This document shows positions 21,669 to 33,546 of a stretch of DNA of 64,000 bases, one piece after another (the stretch's first letter is position 1; each line of letters begins with the position of its first letter). The position numbers were made by a program, and so were the translations under genes. The notes beneath the pieces are model-generated. The model worked only from the letters and a program-made list of their open reading frames with translations, made no database searches and was not told the origin of the DNA. The DNA comes from an uncultured Phycisphaerales bacterium (GTDB lineage: Bacteria; Planctomycetota; Phycisphaerae; Tepidisphaerales; Tepidisphaeraceae). The stretch is from NCBI GenBank assembly GCA_963755915.1, contig CAVWLP010000002.1:3008001-3072000 (forward strand), given 5' to 3'.

Positions 21669-23306
21669 ATGGCCAGTGTTTTCAAACGTGGCGGCAAGAA
21701 AAACCGCGAAGGAAAGTACGTCGCATCGTTCTTCGATGAGAATGGGAAGCGTGTCAGCCGAAGCACGGGCACGACGGATTACGATGCCGCTTGCCAGGTT
21801 GCGGCACGATGGGACACCGACGTTGCCCTGCGGCGCCATGGCGTGATTGACGCGACGCAAGCCCGCATCGCCGATCAGAACCGGCAGCATATCAGGGAGC
21901 ATGTCGCCGATTATCTGGCCCATTGCAGGCATGTCGGGCAGGACAAAGCCCACATTGCCATCAAAACATCGCAGTTGGCCAAGCTCGTGGCTGGAATCAA
22001 CGCAACCCGGCTGTCCGATCTTGAGCCGAACCGGGTAGAGCGCTATCTGGCCAATCTGGTGACAGCGGGCAAATCACACAGAACGCACAACCAAAATCGG
22101 GCCACGGCAGTCGCGTTCATGCAATGGTGTTTCGAGCAAGGGCGAGTAGCGTCCAACTTGCTGAAAATCGTCCCGACGCTCAATGAAGCCAAGGATCGAA
22201 GACGTGTGCGGCGGGCGTTGAGCGAAGATGAATTGTCCCGACTGCTCGCGGTATCCGATGAACGTCGGCCCTACTACCTGTTTGCCTATTACACCGGCTT
22301 GCGGGTCAAGGCCGTCAAAGCCGCTATGTGGGGCGACGTGGATTTCGACAGTGCTTTGATTCGCGTAAAAGTCGGCAACGCCAAGGGCAAAAAGGATGAC
22401 ATTTATCAGCCTTTGCATCCCCGATTGCTGCAAGAATTGCGGCGGATGAGAAGTGAAATGCCGTTTGCATCCCAGGCTGATCCGATTTTTCCCGGTGTGC
22501 CGCTGGTCAAGACGTTTCACCGGGATTGCCAGCGGGCCGGAATCGAGCGATATGACGCGGACGGCAGGCAACTGGACCGTCATGCCCTCCGCACCACGCT
22601 CGGCACTCACCTGGCCCGTGCGGGCGTTCTGCCGCAACTGGCGATGAAGGTGATGGGCCACAACGACGTGCAGACCACGATGAAGCATTACACGGCGTTA
22701 CGTCTGGCGGACACGGCCAAGGCGATGAACGCTCTGCCGTCCATCGAACCGAACGCCAATGCGAATGCCGCGGCCCTGCGGGCGACGGGAACGGACCCGG
22801 CTAATGTGCCGTCAAATTTGTCGGGTTTCGGCGCACAGCATGTTCGACAGCAGTTGTGCGGCTCGGATACGCAAAATCTGACACCCACTGTCGCTGATAG
22901 CGAAACGACAAAATCGTCCGCACAAAAAACTGTGGTGTTCATTTCGCCCCAGAAAAACAGGGGTTTTGGCGATATTCAGCAGCGTGCGACAGCCATCGAC
23001 TTGAAGGAAATCGCCGCTCGCGATACCATCGAAAAAGTACGGGCGATTAGCTCAGTTGGCCAGAGCGTACGGATCACACCCGTGAGGTCACAGGTTCGAG
23101 CCCTGTATCGCCCATTTCCACTTCTTCGCACTGCGTCGCATTATCTCGCACAGAGTCGCAAGGCCCCGCAAGCGTGGGACTTACGGAATCTTCGCCGGAA
23201 CTGGGTGCGATATCCTGCGACGCCTTGCGAGCAGATGCTGCACCGGATTCTGCACCGCCTGTCTCAGACGCTGCTTCCGCCGCCTTTGCAAAATGCTCAT
23301 CGGTGA
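21669..23306 (+). CDS. int: Tyrosine integrase; frame reads through attR and tRNA-Val
   Basis: YTGLR, HALR, MGH and HY catalytic motifs; no stop before the att core at 23040. Confidence 0.93.
   Translation: MASVFKRGGKKNREGKYVASFFDENGKRVSRSTGTTDYDAACQVAARWDTDVALRRHGVIDATQARIADQNRQHIREHVADYLAHCRHVGQDKAHIAIKTSQLAKLVAGINATRLSDLEPNRVERYLANLVTAGKSHRTHNQNRATAVAFMQWCFEQGRVASNLLKIVPTLNEAKDRRRVRRALSEDELSRLLAVSDERRPYYLFAYYTGLRVKAVKAAMWGDVDFDSALIRVKVGNAKGKKDDIYQPLHPRLLQELRRMRSEMPFASQADPIFPGVPLVKTFHRDCQRAGIERYDADGRQLDRHALRTTLGTHLARAGVLPQLAMKVMGHNDVQTTMKHYTALRLADTAKAMNALPSIEPNANANAAALRATGTDPANVPSNLSGFGAQHVRQQLCGSDTQNLTPTVADSETTKSSAQKTVVFISPQKNRGFGDIQQRATAIDLKEIAARDTIEKVRAISSVGQSVRITPVRSQVRALYRPFPLLRTASHYLAQSRKAPQAWDLRNLRRNWVRYPATPCEQMLHRILHRLSQTLLPPPLQNAHR
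23001..23029 (+). promoter_or_regulatory. Element-encoded replacement promoter for tRNA-Val, inside int
   Basis: TTGAAG-17 nt-TACCAT; same boxes and spacing as 11466-11494. Confidence 0.75.
23041..23114 (+). tRNA. tRNA-Val(CAC)
   Basis: Acceptor GGGCGAT/ATCGCCC+A, D-arm GCTC/GAGC, anticodon arm TACGG-ATCACAC-CCGTG, T-arm ACAGG-TTCGAGC-CCTGT; CCA not encoded. Confidence 0.96.
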
Positions 23307-23500
23307 TCTGCAGGTAGTGATCGCGCGCTACCACCTCGCTGTTGCCAATCCAGGCACACACCACGTGAGCAGGCCAGCTTTCCGTCAGTTCCGTCTGGCG
23401 TGAAGACCGAAGATTCTGAAAAAGCTTTGGTTACGGCTCGATCCCTGCCTTGGCAAGAATCCAGAGAAATTGTGTGCGAATGTTCATCTGTTCCGACGTT
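23074..23500 (-). pseudogene. C-terminal remnant of a second tyrosine integrase, reading into the tRNA antisense strand
   Basis: ILAKAGIEP*PKLFQNLRSSRQTELTESWPAHVVCAWIGNSEVVARDHY...MGDTGLEPVTSRV*; in-frame TAA, N-terminus missing. Confidence 0.8.
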
Positions 23501-23577
23501 CATCTGTTCTGATTCTCGGAATTTCCACGCGACATTTTGCATATTACATCGGCCGGTCGATTTCCGTAGTCCCGTCG

Positions 23578-24968
23578 TCAGAAGCTCAAATTCAGGCGCA
23601 TGCCCAGGATCACCGCCGTACTTGTGTTCGGCAGGGAGGGGTCATTGACTTGCACATCAAGAGCAAGGTGAGTCGCCGGCGTGATTGCTATGTTGTAGAA
23701 GGCCTCAAACCCTTGCCCGAAATCGTCGATACCCAGCAGACCGTTGATGCGCGTGTCCTGGAATCCGGTGTAGTAGTAGCCGACGCCAAAGACGTCGTTG
23801 CCGCGCGATGGAATCATTCCGCGTCCGCCCAGGCCAATGCTGGCAGACCATTCGACCGGATTGGTTTGCTGATCGGCGAGGCCGGCGCGGGCAAAAAAGC
23901 CAAAGCCCTGATGATCGGGCACGCCGTCGGCAAGATTGATCAGGTTGTTGGTAGGGTCTTTGACAAAGAGATATTGCCAGGTACTCCAGTAGACCGCCCA
24001 TGTGCTGTTCTTTTGAGCAACTGACAATTTCTGGCCCGGCTGTAATATCAGCTCTCCACCAACCTGGTTAAAGTTCTGATCGAAGGAGTAGAGTCCGCCG
24101 ATGTTCATTCCCCCAGGCAGCGTAACCAAGCGATATTGAAAGTCCGCCTCCGCACTCCACGACGCGCCTTTTCCGAAGTCTTCGAAACCGGTGGTCGTGG
24201 AGGAATCAGTCGTGTTGATCAAGCTGCTGCTGACGGAGATATTCCGCGTCGGCATCCACCGAACTGCCAGGCCCAGACTGCTATATGGCAGCCTTAACGC
24301 CATCGCGGAATTGAAGAGAAAGTTGGCGTTCATGAACTGGCTCTTGCCGCGGCCGGAGGCGAATTCGTTGAGGTCGCCATCGAGCGTGTCGAATTTTCCG
24401 ACGGATACCGCCAATTTCTCGCAAAGGACCTGTGTGTAATTCAGATCCGTGACGGTGATAGGGACACCTTCATCAAGCTGCGGTGTCAGCGGGAAAAACG
24501 CGGTGGTATTGACCGGCAGGATCGTCCCGGCGATTCCATTAACCGAGTTGCCGTAGCGCGACTCTGCCCGAATCGTCACCAGCGCACCGGCAGAATTCCC
24601 ATGCGCATCAGGTCCAGGTCGAGCAGGTAGTCGAGGTGCCCGCCGTACTCCGTGCCGCTCTCCGATCCACCACTGACGACGCTCTGCATGTACTGCGTCC
24701 AGTCCACATCAAGTTGGACCCCCTTATTGGCTAGTTTGGTCCGCGCACCGTACCAATCGCCGGTGAGATATGAGCGATTCCAAAGATCACCGCCATAGTC
24801 GGGAACGGACAATAAGCCTTCTGGCTGGGTTGTAGTCGCAGTTGCACGCAACGTCGTCGCCGGGGGCGATTCGCCGTCGGCCGCGAACGTGGGTGAGGCC
24901 ATCACAAGCAACATTGCCAAAGCGGGCCCGCTCAACCAGCCGCTCACCGATGAACTGATTCGCATCAT
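23578..24968 (-). CDS. Carbohydrate-selective porin, OprB family (frameshift near 24580)
   Basis: Signal peptide, YLTGDWYGARTKLANKGV, FEAFYNIAITP, C-terminal F. Confidence 0.85.
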
Positions 24969-26411
24969 GTCGGCTCCTCACCGAATGGCGGTTTCCATCT
25001 CCGAACGCGAGGTTTCTGTCGGGAATCGGCCGGCGCAAGTCGCGGCGCGGAACGCCTCGTAGTCCGTTTCCACCTGGTCGGCGTAGACGACCGCGTAGTC
25101 CATGACTGCGGCATCGAACTTCCCCCCGGCACCGAGATACCCGCTGATCTCCGCCGCTTTCCCTGATTTAGCATGCGCGAGCCAGCGTTCGCCCGCAGAG
25201 CCGCGCATAGCCCAGCAGAAGCTCCTCGTTGACAGTCGCGATGTCCGGAGAGACCTTATGATCCCGCAGTTGTCGAACGTAATAGTCGTTCCCGTGCGGG
25301 CCGCGCGACCAGCCGAGAAAAACGTCACTGGCGGATTGCATCACCCGCTGTCCAACAACCACGCGCTCGCCGTTATTCTCGCTCTTCGACCGGCCGGCCA
25401 ATCCTTCGAGCACCGAAGGTCGCGTCTCTTTCACCTGAAGAAAGAGGGGATCGTTCGTGTCCGCCATCCAGAGTGTCACAAAACAACGAGTTCCCACAGA
25501 GCCGACGCCGACGACTTTGTACGCAACATCGACGAGCCGATAGCGATCGAAGAGAATGCGCCGCTCGGGCGGTAAAGTCGTCCTGTATGCGTCGAAGAAC
25601 TGGATGATGTCCTTCTTCATGGTGTGGTCGGATAGATTGCCGTGATAGAGAAGCGGCGGCTGGTCCACGATTCGCGGCTGGTCGTTTACATTCATCGTCA
25701 TCTTGTGAAAGATCGCCTCCGACGTGCTCTTCGTGGCGCTGCGGACGAGCCGGTTAAGCCGTTTGCGCAGCACCGGATCTTTCCGCACAGGTTCCATTAC
25801 ATCGTCAAATGTGATGCGCGCATACCAGACATCCAGCACGCTCATCCCGGCGAACTTGGCAATCTTTTCGCGGTATGCCCGCACGACTTTCGTTGCGGAG
25901 TCCCGCGCATCGCGCTACCGAAGTTGCGCCACCGGGCCGCCAACACAAAACTCGCCGCCAATCGCTTCAGGTCCCACTCGAAGGGCGCGGGGAACGTCTC
26001 ATCGAAATCATTGATGTCGAAGATCAGGGTACGCTCCGGCGAGGCGAATCCGCCGAAGTTCAACAGGTGACAATCTCCGCATGATTGCACGATGATCCCG
26101 GCCGACGACGTGCGGTACAGATCCTGCGCCTGAACTACGGCCGTGCCGCGAAAAAATGCGAACGGCGATTCCAGCATTCGTGAGAACCGGACGGGTAATA
26201 GATTCTCGAGGCGCCCGCCATTGGATTTCTCGATAAGCGAAAGCGGATCACGCTTCGGATAGTCTAGGCCCGCTTTCGAATGACTAGATCGCGGACACTT
26301 GGAGCGCAGCGATCGCCCTTTGGATTGCCGTGCCGTGCGCGATTCCGGCATATCCCGCGGCATTCCTGCCCGCTTTGTGCGCTTGCCACCTGATGTCTTC
26401 TTTAACCGCAT
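24965..26411 (-). CDS. DUF2252 family protein (frameshifts)
   Basis: RMLESPFAFFRGTA, CGDCHLLNFG, DINDFDE, KVVGVGSVGTR, YYVRQLRD. Confidence 0.88.
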
Positions 26412-26584
26412 GGAAATCCGTCCGCGTTGTTGCTCAAAACTCCATCCATCTTCAACTTGCCTCGCGGGCCTCGGGTAACTTCCAAATTCAGTCGAGGATT
26501 TCCTTGCGCGGGCAATACAGCCGCACCATGTAATTCCAGCCGGGCACGATCGCTCCATCCCGGAAAGGCGGAGCCGCTCGACTA

Positions 26585-28203
26585 TCAGTCGTTGCCATTG
26601 GCCTTTCCCATGTCCTCCATCTTCCGCATCACCTCATCGAGGTTGAAGCTCGCGGGTTTTTGACGCGGCGGGAACTCCTTGAAACTTGCCAGCCACTTGG
26701 CGGCGAAGGTCTGCATCGGCACCTGCACGAACGCCCGGCGGAACATCCAGTCGGCGTAATAGATGCTCTCGGGGCCACGCTCGAAGGGGTCGGTGCGCAG
26801 GTTGTAGAGTTTCGGCAGACGCAGCCTGGTGAACTGGCCCTGCCACACGCCCACGGGCGCTTCGGGGGACATGTGCGTGTTCTGCTCCATGAACGTGGTC
26901 TTCCACATCTCGTAGCGAATGGCCATCAGGTCGCCGTCGTCGGACCAATAGATGAATTCCTTGCGCGGCGACTCTTTCACATCGCCCTTCAGGAACGGCA
27001 TGAGGTTGTAGCCGTCGAGGTGAACCTTGAACGTCTTGCCGTCGGCGTCGTAGCCTTTCATCACTTTGGCGACGAGATCGGGCTCGCCAGCGGCGGCGGC
27101 GAACGTGGGGATGAGGTCTTCGTGGGCGCAGATGTCGTTGATGACAGTGTTGGGCTTGATCACGCCGGGCCAGCGGATGAGCGTGGGCACGCGGAACCCA
27201 CCTTCCCAGTTGGTCGCCTTCTCGCCTCGGAAAGGCGTGGTGCCGCCGTCGGGCCAGCTGATCAGCTCCGCGCCATTGTCGGAGGTGTAGACGACGATGG
27301 TGTTGTCGGCGATGCCGAGGTCGTCGAGTTCCTTAAGAAGCTGGCCGACATGCGCATCGTGCTCGACCATGCCGTCGGGATAGACGCCCAACCCCGTCTT
27401 GCCCTCGCTCTCTTTCTTGAGATGCGTGATGATGTGCATGCGGGTGGAGTTATAGTAGCAGAAGAACGGCTTGTTGGCCTTGGCCTGCTTGTCGATCCAC
27501 CCGACGGCGGCATCAGTGAACTCATCGTCGATGGTTTTCATTCGCTCGACGGTGAGCGGGCCGGTGTTTTCGATCTTCTGCTTGCCGACGCGGCCCCACT
27601 GGGGATCGACGGTGGGGTCGTCGGTATCGGTGGCCCAGGTGTGCATGACGCCGCGCGGGCCGAACCTTTGTTTGAATGCAGGGTTCTTCGGGTAGTCGGG
27701 GTTTTCGGGCTCTTCCTCGGCGTTGAGGTGGTAGAGGTTGCCGAAGAATTCGTCGAACCCGTGGACGGTGGGGAGGAACTTGTTGAGGTCGCCCAGGTGG
27801 TTCTTGCCGAATTGGCCGGTGGCGTAGCCGAGGTTCTTCATGAAGTCGGCGACGGACGGGTCCTTGGGATCCAGGCCGATGTCCGCGCCCGGCAGGCCGA
27901 CCTTGGTCAGCCCGGTGCGAATCGGGGACTGCCCCGTGACGAACGCCGCGCGACCGGCGGTGCAAGATTGCTGGGCATACCAGTCGGTGAAGCGGCACCT
28001 TCATTGGCGATGCGATCAATGTTGGGCGTACGATAGCCCATCATCCCGCTGTTGTAGCAACTGGGATTAAACCAACCGATGTCATCGCCCATGATGACGA
28101 GGATGTTGGGCTTGGCCTGCTGGCGCGCGCCACTGGCCGGGCGCAAAAGCATGATAAAGACTGCCCCAAATATGGCGGCGATCAACGGTTTAGGCGTACG
28201 CAT
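26585..28203 (-). CDS. Arylsulfatase (frameshift near 27990)
   Basis: KPNILVIMGDDIG, SCTAGRAAF, GYATGQFGKNHLG, SDNG, WEGGFRVP. Confidence 0.93.
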
Positions 28204-28228
28204 GACGGTCTCCTTGTAAAAATGTCCG

Positions 28229-29218
28229 TTACCTGGCTGGGAAAATCGTTTTCCAATCATTTTTCATATCAACGACGGTCCATCCGCGGTGCTGGGCCTC
28301 GTCGAGGGCTTTATCCAGTTTTCCAATGGACGATTGGCGGTCGTAGGCGAACTCGCGGACGGCATCGGTGTGATGCACGATCATGCCGAAGCGAGCGCCT
28401 TCGCCCGTCGTCGTCCACTGGAGCATTTGCAGATCGCCATCGGAGTTGCCGAAAGCCATGACCGGACGCCGGCCGATGAAGCGGTTGATGCCGATCGGCT
28501 TACCCGGGCCGTCGTCCACAAATTCGATCTTCGGTTCCTTCACCAGAACCGGCGTCCCCTCGCGCATCTCAAAGCGCACCTCGCCACTGCTGCCGATGAC
28601 CTGCTCCGGAGGAATGCCGTAGGTTTCCTCCGCGAAGGCGCGCATGAACTCCACGCCGCCGCCGGAAACGATGAAGGTCTTGAATCCGCTGGCCCGCAGA
28701 TAATTCAGGACTTCGAGCATCGGCTGATAGATGCACTGGTTGTAAGGCCGGTCGTATTTCGGATGCTTTGCCGTGGCGATCCATTCCCTCACGATGCGAT
28801 TGAACTCGTCGGTGGTCATGCCCGCGTGCGTGGCGGCGATGATTTCGAGCAATCCTTTTTCGCCTGTGGCGGCGAGCCCCTTCATGTCGCCTGCGAGGAT
28901 CGATTTATACGGCTCGGCGTCCTTCCACTCCGGATGGACATCTGCCATCGCCTTGATGCGATCGATGGCGAAGAGAAGCTCGAAATACATCGGCTGCTCG
29001 CACCAGAGCGTGCCGTCGTTGTCGAAAACCGCGATGCGATCAGCGGGCTTGACGAAATCCGGCGAACCATCCTTCGTCACCCTGGTGACGAAATCGATGA
29101 TCGCGTTCTTCGATGCACCGTCATTCCATGACGGCAATACATCGTCTGGCTGGGCCCATGTCGCGCGATTCACCAACAGGACAAGCGCTATCGCTATGGA
29201 AATCATCCGTTTCATCAT
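28229..29218 (-). CDS. Secreted HAD-family phosphatase/hydrolase
   Basis: Signal peptide, FDNDGTLWCEQP, IVSGGG, FGNSDGD. Confidence 0.9.
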   Translation of the reverse strand: MMKRMISIAIALVLLVNRATWAQPDDVLPSWNDGASKNAIIDFVTRVTKDGSPDFVKPADRIAVFDNDGTLWCEQPMYFELLFAIDRIKAMADVHPEWKDAEPYKSILAGDMKGLAATGEKGLLEIIAATHAGMTTDEFNRIVREWIATAKHPKYDRPYNQCIYQPMLEVLNYLRASGFKTFIVSGGGVEFMRAFAEETYGIPPEQVIGSSGEVRFEMREGTPVLVKEPKIEFVDDGPGKPIGINRFIGRRPVMAFGNSDGDLQMLQWTTTGEGARFGMIVHHTDAVREFAYDRQSSIGKLDKALDEAQHRGWTVVDMKNDWKTIFPAR

Positions 29219-30326
29219 TTGCCTTCATCAATGGAAATCACGCAGCGAAACCCGATATGCTCCGCCCCGGTATCCGGCGGCGTGCCTCGGCGAGCGGTGG
29301 GTCGATAACTTTCGCAATAGCTCACGCTGCACAGGAACGAGCCACCCTTAATGACCCGCCGGGTGGAGTACGGATCGCTGGGGTCGAATGTGTCGGCGGG
29401 ACCGGCGGGATTGATGCAGCAGATCGACTTTTGGCTGTAAAGCGATGCGATCGATTGGGCATGAGCGTCGGCGCGATACCAGTCCGCGGTCCATTGCCAG
29501 ACGTTGCCGGCCATGTCGTAAAGGCCATATCCATTGGCGGGGAATGCTTTGACCGGACTGGTGCCGGCGTAGCCGTCTTCGCCGGTGTCTTTCACCGGGA
29601 ATTCGCCGGTGAAGGTGTTGCACATGAATTGTCCACCGGGGCGGAATTCGTTGCCCCACCAGTAGCGCGTGTTGGTCTTGCTACCGCCGCGCGCGGCGAA
29701 TTCCCATTCGGCTTCGGTCGGCAGGCGCTTGCCCGCCCATTTTGCATAGGCGACGGCATCGTACCAACTCACCTGCACGACGGGATAATCCCCCTTGCCG
29801 TCGATACTGCTGCCCGGCCCCCGTGGATGACGCCAATTCGCGCCGCGCGTCCAGGTCCACCATTGCGACAAATCATTCAGGTCAACCGGATGATCCGTCT
29901 GAGTGAAGACCAGCGATCCAGGCTGGAGCATCTCATCCGGCGGCTTGGGCGTGCCGGGCGGAACCTCTTTCTTCATCTCATCCCAATTCACCGGACGTTC
30001 GGCGGTGGTGACATATCCGGTCGCGTCGACGAATTTCTGGAATTCGGCATTGGTGACATCGTGCTCGTCCATCCAGAATCCGTCGAGCTTGACCTGATGG
30101 GCGCCATGCTCGTTGGCCGGGGTGTTCAAATCTTCGGTGCCCATGAGGTACTGGCCCGCGGGAATCCAGCGCATCCCCGCCGGTGCCGTGCCGGGCCGCG
30201 TCGAGCCATTCGTGCGATGCGATAGCATTCCCCAGCGCCGGCGGCGAACAGACCCACGCCGACGATCGATAGGATGGCGAATCGTTTCATCACACGACTT
30301 CTTGAATGGGATTCTTTTGGTTTCAT
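29215..30326 (-). CDS. Formylglycine-generating enzyme (SUMF1 family); frameshift near the N-terminus
   Basis: RLPTEAEWEFAARGG, NGYGLYDMAGNVWQW, RVIKGGSFLCSVSYC, HIGFRCV. Confidence 0.92.
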
Positions 30327-30823
30327 GGTTTGCTCCATGGGTAAAATTTCGGAAAACCATTCCATGCCCTGAGTGCCGTCGTTTTCCCATTGGGCTTTGA
30401 CAATTCCGAGACACGATTAACGCCAATGCCCGGTTGCCACAGCAACCTTTGTTCCGATGGAATCTCCGGTGGGCATTATCTCGGTTGGAAATGAAGGAAA
30501 ACACAGGATTTTTACGGGGATAATGGTCAGAAATCTTACGCGCGTGGACCGCTGGGCGAGCGCCGACGCATCGCACGCGGCTATGCGACTGGCGTGTGGG
30601 GAAAGAGGCATCTCGGCAGCAGCGAAGGACGATAGCCGAAATCAACGCAATGCTCAGGTGGAAAAGTGCGAGGCAATGCAGCGCCTGCAGGAATAGCTGA
30701 CGAGTATGTCACTCCGTATTTTTACCGAGTCTCCGGTCCGGTCATTTTCGCTTATCCCAATTTCACTATTCGATACCATGGAACTAAAGCTAATCCACAT
30801 GACTCTATGCGAATGGAGGAGCC

Positions 30824-33521
30824 ATGAACCCCGAATCGACCAGGCTGGAAGAAGCCAGGACGCATGGAACCCCCTGGCGGAAGTGGGGACCGTATCTCAG
30901 CGAGCGGCAATGGGGAACCGTGCGCGAGGACTACAGCGAATCGGGCAATGCGTGGGATTACTTCACTCATGACCAGGCCCGCTCGCGCCTATCGACGCGG
31001 TGAGGATGGATTGGCGGGATTTTCCGATAACAAACAATACCTCTGTTTTGCCCTGGCCTTCTGGAATGGAAAGGATCCAATTCTCAAAGAGCGTCTCTTC
31101 GGACTGACCAATAGCGAAGGTAATCATGGCGAGGATGTAAAGGAATACTATTACTACCTCGACAGCACTCCGACGCATTCGTACATGCGCTATCTATACA
31201 AGTATCCGCAGTTGGCCTATCCCTATGGCGACATCATCACGACTAACCACAATCGCAGCCTGACCGAGCCGGAATACGAACTGATCAGCACCGGCGTATT
31301 TGATAAAGACCGCTACTTTGATGTCTTCGTCGAGTATGCCAAAGCGGCGCCAGAAGACATTCTGATCAGAATTACGGTCGCCAATCGCGGAAGTGAACCG
31401 GCGACCCTGCACATCCTGCCCACGATCTGGTTTCGTAACACTTGGTCTTCGCGGCAGCAGTCCGAAAAACCCGCCATGCACATCATTGATGGCCCGCGCA
31501 GATTGCGCACCATCGTTGCGGCCCATGAAACCCTGGGCTCACGCTGGTTCTACTGCGACGGCGAGCCAGAGCTGCTCTTCACCGAAAACGAGACCAACAA
31601 CGCGAAAATCTTCAACACACTTAACTCTTCGCCTTTCGTCAAGGACGGCATCAACAATTACGTTGTCGGTGGAGACCGCAATGCGGTAAACCCGTCGCAC
31701 ACCGGGACCAAGGCTGCCGCTCACTACGTCGTGGAAGTGCCTGCTAATGGCGAATCGATCATCCGGCTTCGGCTGCGCGATACGGCGCCAAGCTCCGAAC
31801 CGCCCTTCGGCATCGGATTCGACAACGATTTCCGAACACGCAAACGCGACGCCGACGAATTTTACGCCAGCGTCCTGCCTGCAAAGGCCACAAAGGACGA
31901 GGCGCTGGTAATGCGTCAAGCCTTGGCCGGGATGCTCTGGTCCAAGCAGCATTATAATTTCAATCTAAATGAATACCTGCTCGAACGCGGCGTGGATCCG
32001 CTCCGCCCAAACAAGCCTCTCCGCAATCGGGACTGGTTCCACATGAACAATAACGACATCATCTCGATGCCTGATAAGTGGGAATATCCCTGGTACGCGG
32101 CATGGGACCTGGCTTTTCATTGCATTCCGCTATCGATGGTGGATATCGACTTTGCTAAAAGTCAGCTCGACCTGATGTTCTGCGAAATGTACATGCATCC
32201 CACCGGGCAGATCCCCGCATACGAGTGGAACTTCGGGGACGTCAATCCACCGGTTCACGCCTTTGCAGCGCTTTATGTCTATCGGACAGAGCAATCAGAG
32301 CGAGGCGAGGGCGACCGGGCATTCCTGGGTCGCATCTTTGCCAAACTCATGCTCAACTTCACGTGGTGGGTCAACCGCAAGGATCGCGCTGGACGGAACG
32401 TCTTCGAAGGCGGATTTCTGGGGCTGGACAACATCGGCGTCTTCGATCGCAGCGCACCGCTGCCGACCGGCGGTTATCTGGAGCAGGCCGATGGAACCGC
32501 GTGGATGGCTCTCTTCTGCCAGAACATGCTCGAAATGGGAATCGAACTGGCCGCCCACGATTCGGCATTCGACGACATGGCGATCAAATTCGTTGAACAC
32601 TTTCTTTGGATCGCAAACGCGCTGAATCGTATCGGCGACGATGGAATGTGGGACGAGGAAGACGGGTTCTACTACGACCTGCTGCGCATGCCGGATGGGC
32701 GCTCTCAGCGATTGAAAGTTCGGTCGCTTGTCGGGCTTCTACCCATGGCCGCCACCACCGTTCTTGAACCCTGGCAGCGCGAGCGCGTGCCAAAATTAGC
32801 GGTGCATTTGGGAGAGCGGATTCGGGAGATGCCTCATCTGGTGGACGCCATCCACCCAACGGGCACGAAGCATCGCGGCCATGGTGACCGCGGCATCCTG
32901 GCCCTGGTCAATCCCCAACGCCTCCGCCGAATACTCATGCGAATGCTTGACGAAAACGAGTTCCTTAGCCCCTACGGATTGCGCAGCATCTCTCGATATC
33001 ATCTCGATCATCCTTATTCCATCGGCGTCGATGGACATGAATATCGGGTCAGCTATTTGCCCGCGGAGTCGGATACGGGAATGTTCGGCGGCAATTCCAA
33101 CTGGCGCGGCCCGATCTGGTTCCCCATGAATGTCATCATCCTCCGCTCCCTTTTGCATTTCTATTTGTATTACGGCGACGAATTCAAGATCGAGTGCCCG
33201 ACCGGCTCTGGAAAAATGATGAACCTCTTTGAAGTAACCATGGAGATCACGTCGCGGCTGGCGAGCATTTTCCTGCGGGACAACAGCGGCCGGCGCGCCG
33301 TTTTCGGTAACGTGGAGAAATTTCAGAACGATCCGAATTTCCGCGACTATCTATGGTTTTACGAATATTTCCACGGGGACAATGGCGCCGGAATCGGCGC
33401 CAGCCACCAGACTGGATGGACCGGTGTGATCGCCAAGCAACTCGATTTGCTTAAACGGCTCGATGCAAAGGCAATCCTGGAGGCAGGCCGCATGGGCGCA
33501 TTCATGCCGGCAAAAAGCTAG
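30824..33521 (+). CDS. GH63 / MGH1-like glucosidase (frameshift near 30980)
   Basis: [61 protein letters not shown]. Confidence 0.92.
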
Positions 33522-33546
33522 GTAGGGAGAATGGAATGCGACTTCA

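Larger units (their letters stand above)
11505..23062. mobile_element. Integrative mobilizable element / integrated plasmid (11,535-bp circle) at the tRNA-Val 5' end
   Basis: 23-bp direct repeats flank rep, parA/parG, MobF relaxase, resolvase, TA pair, xis and int. No T4SS or coupling protein seen. Confidence 0.92.

Noticed and set aside
11505-23062. Prophage or self-transmissible ICE
   Set aside because: No capsid, terminase or tail genes, and no VirB4/T4CP.
23482-23509. 12-bp direct repeat GTTCATCTGTTC as a functional site
   Set aside because: It sits where the int2 remnant breaks off and is more likely a local duplication scar.
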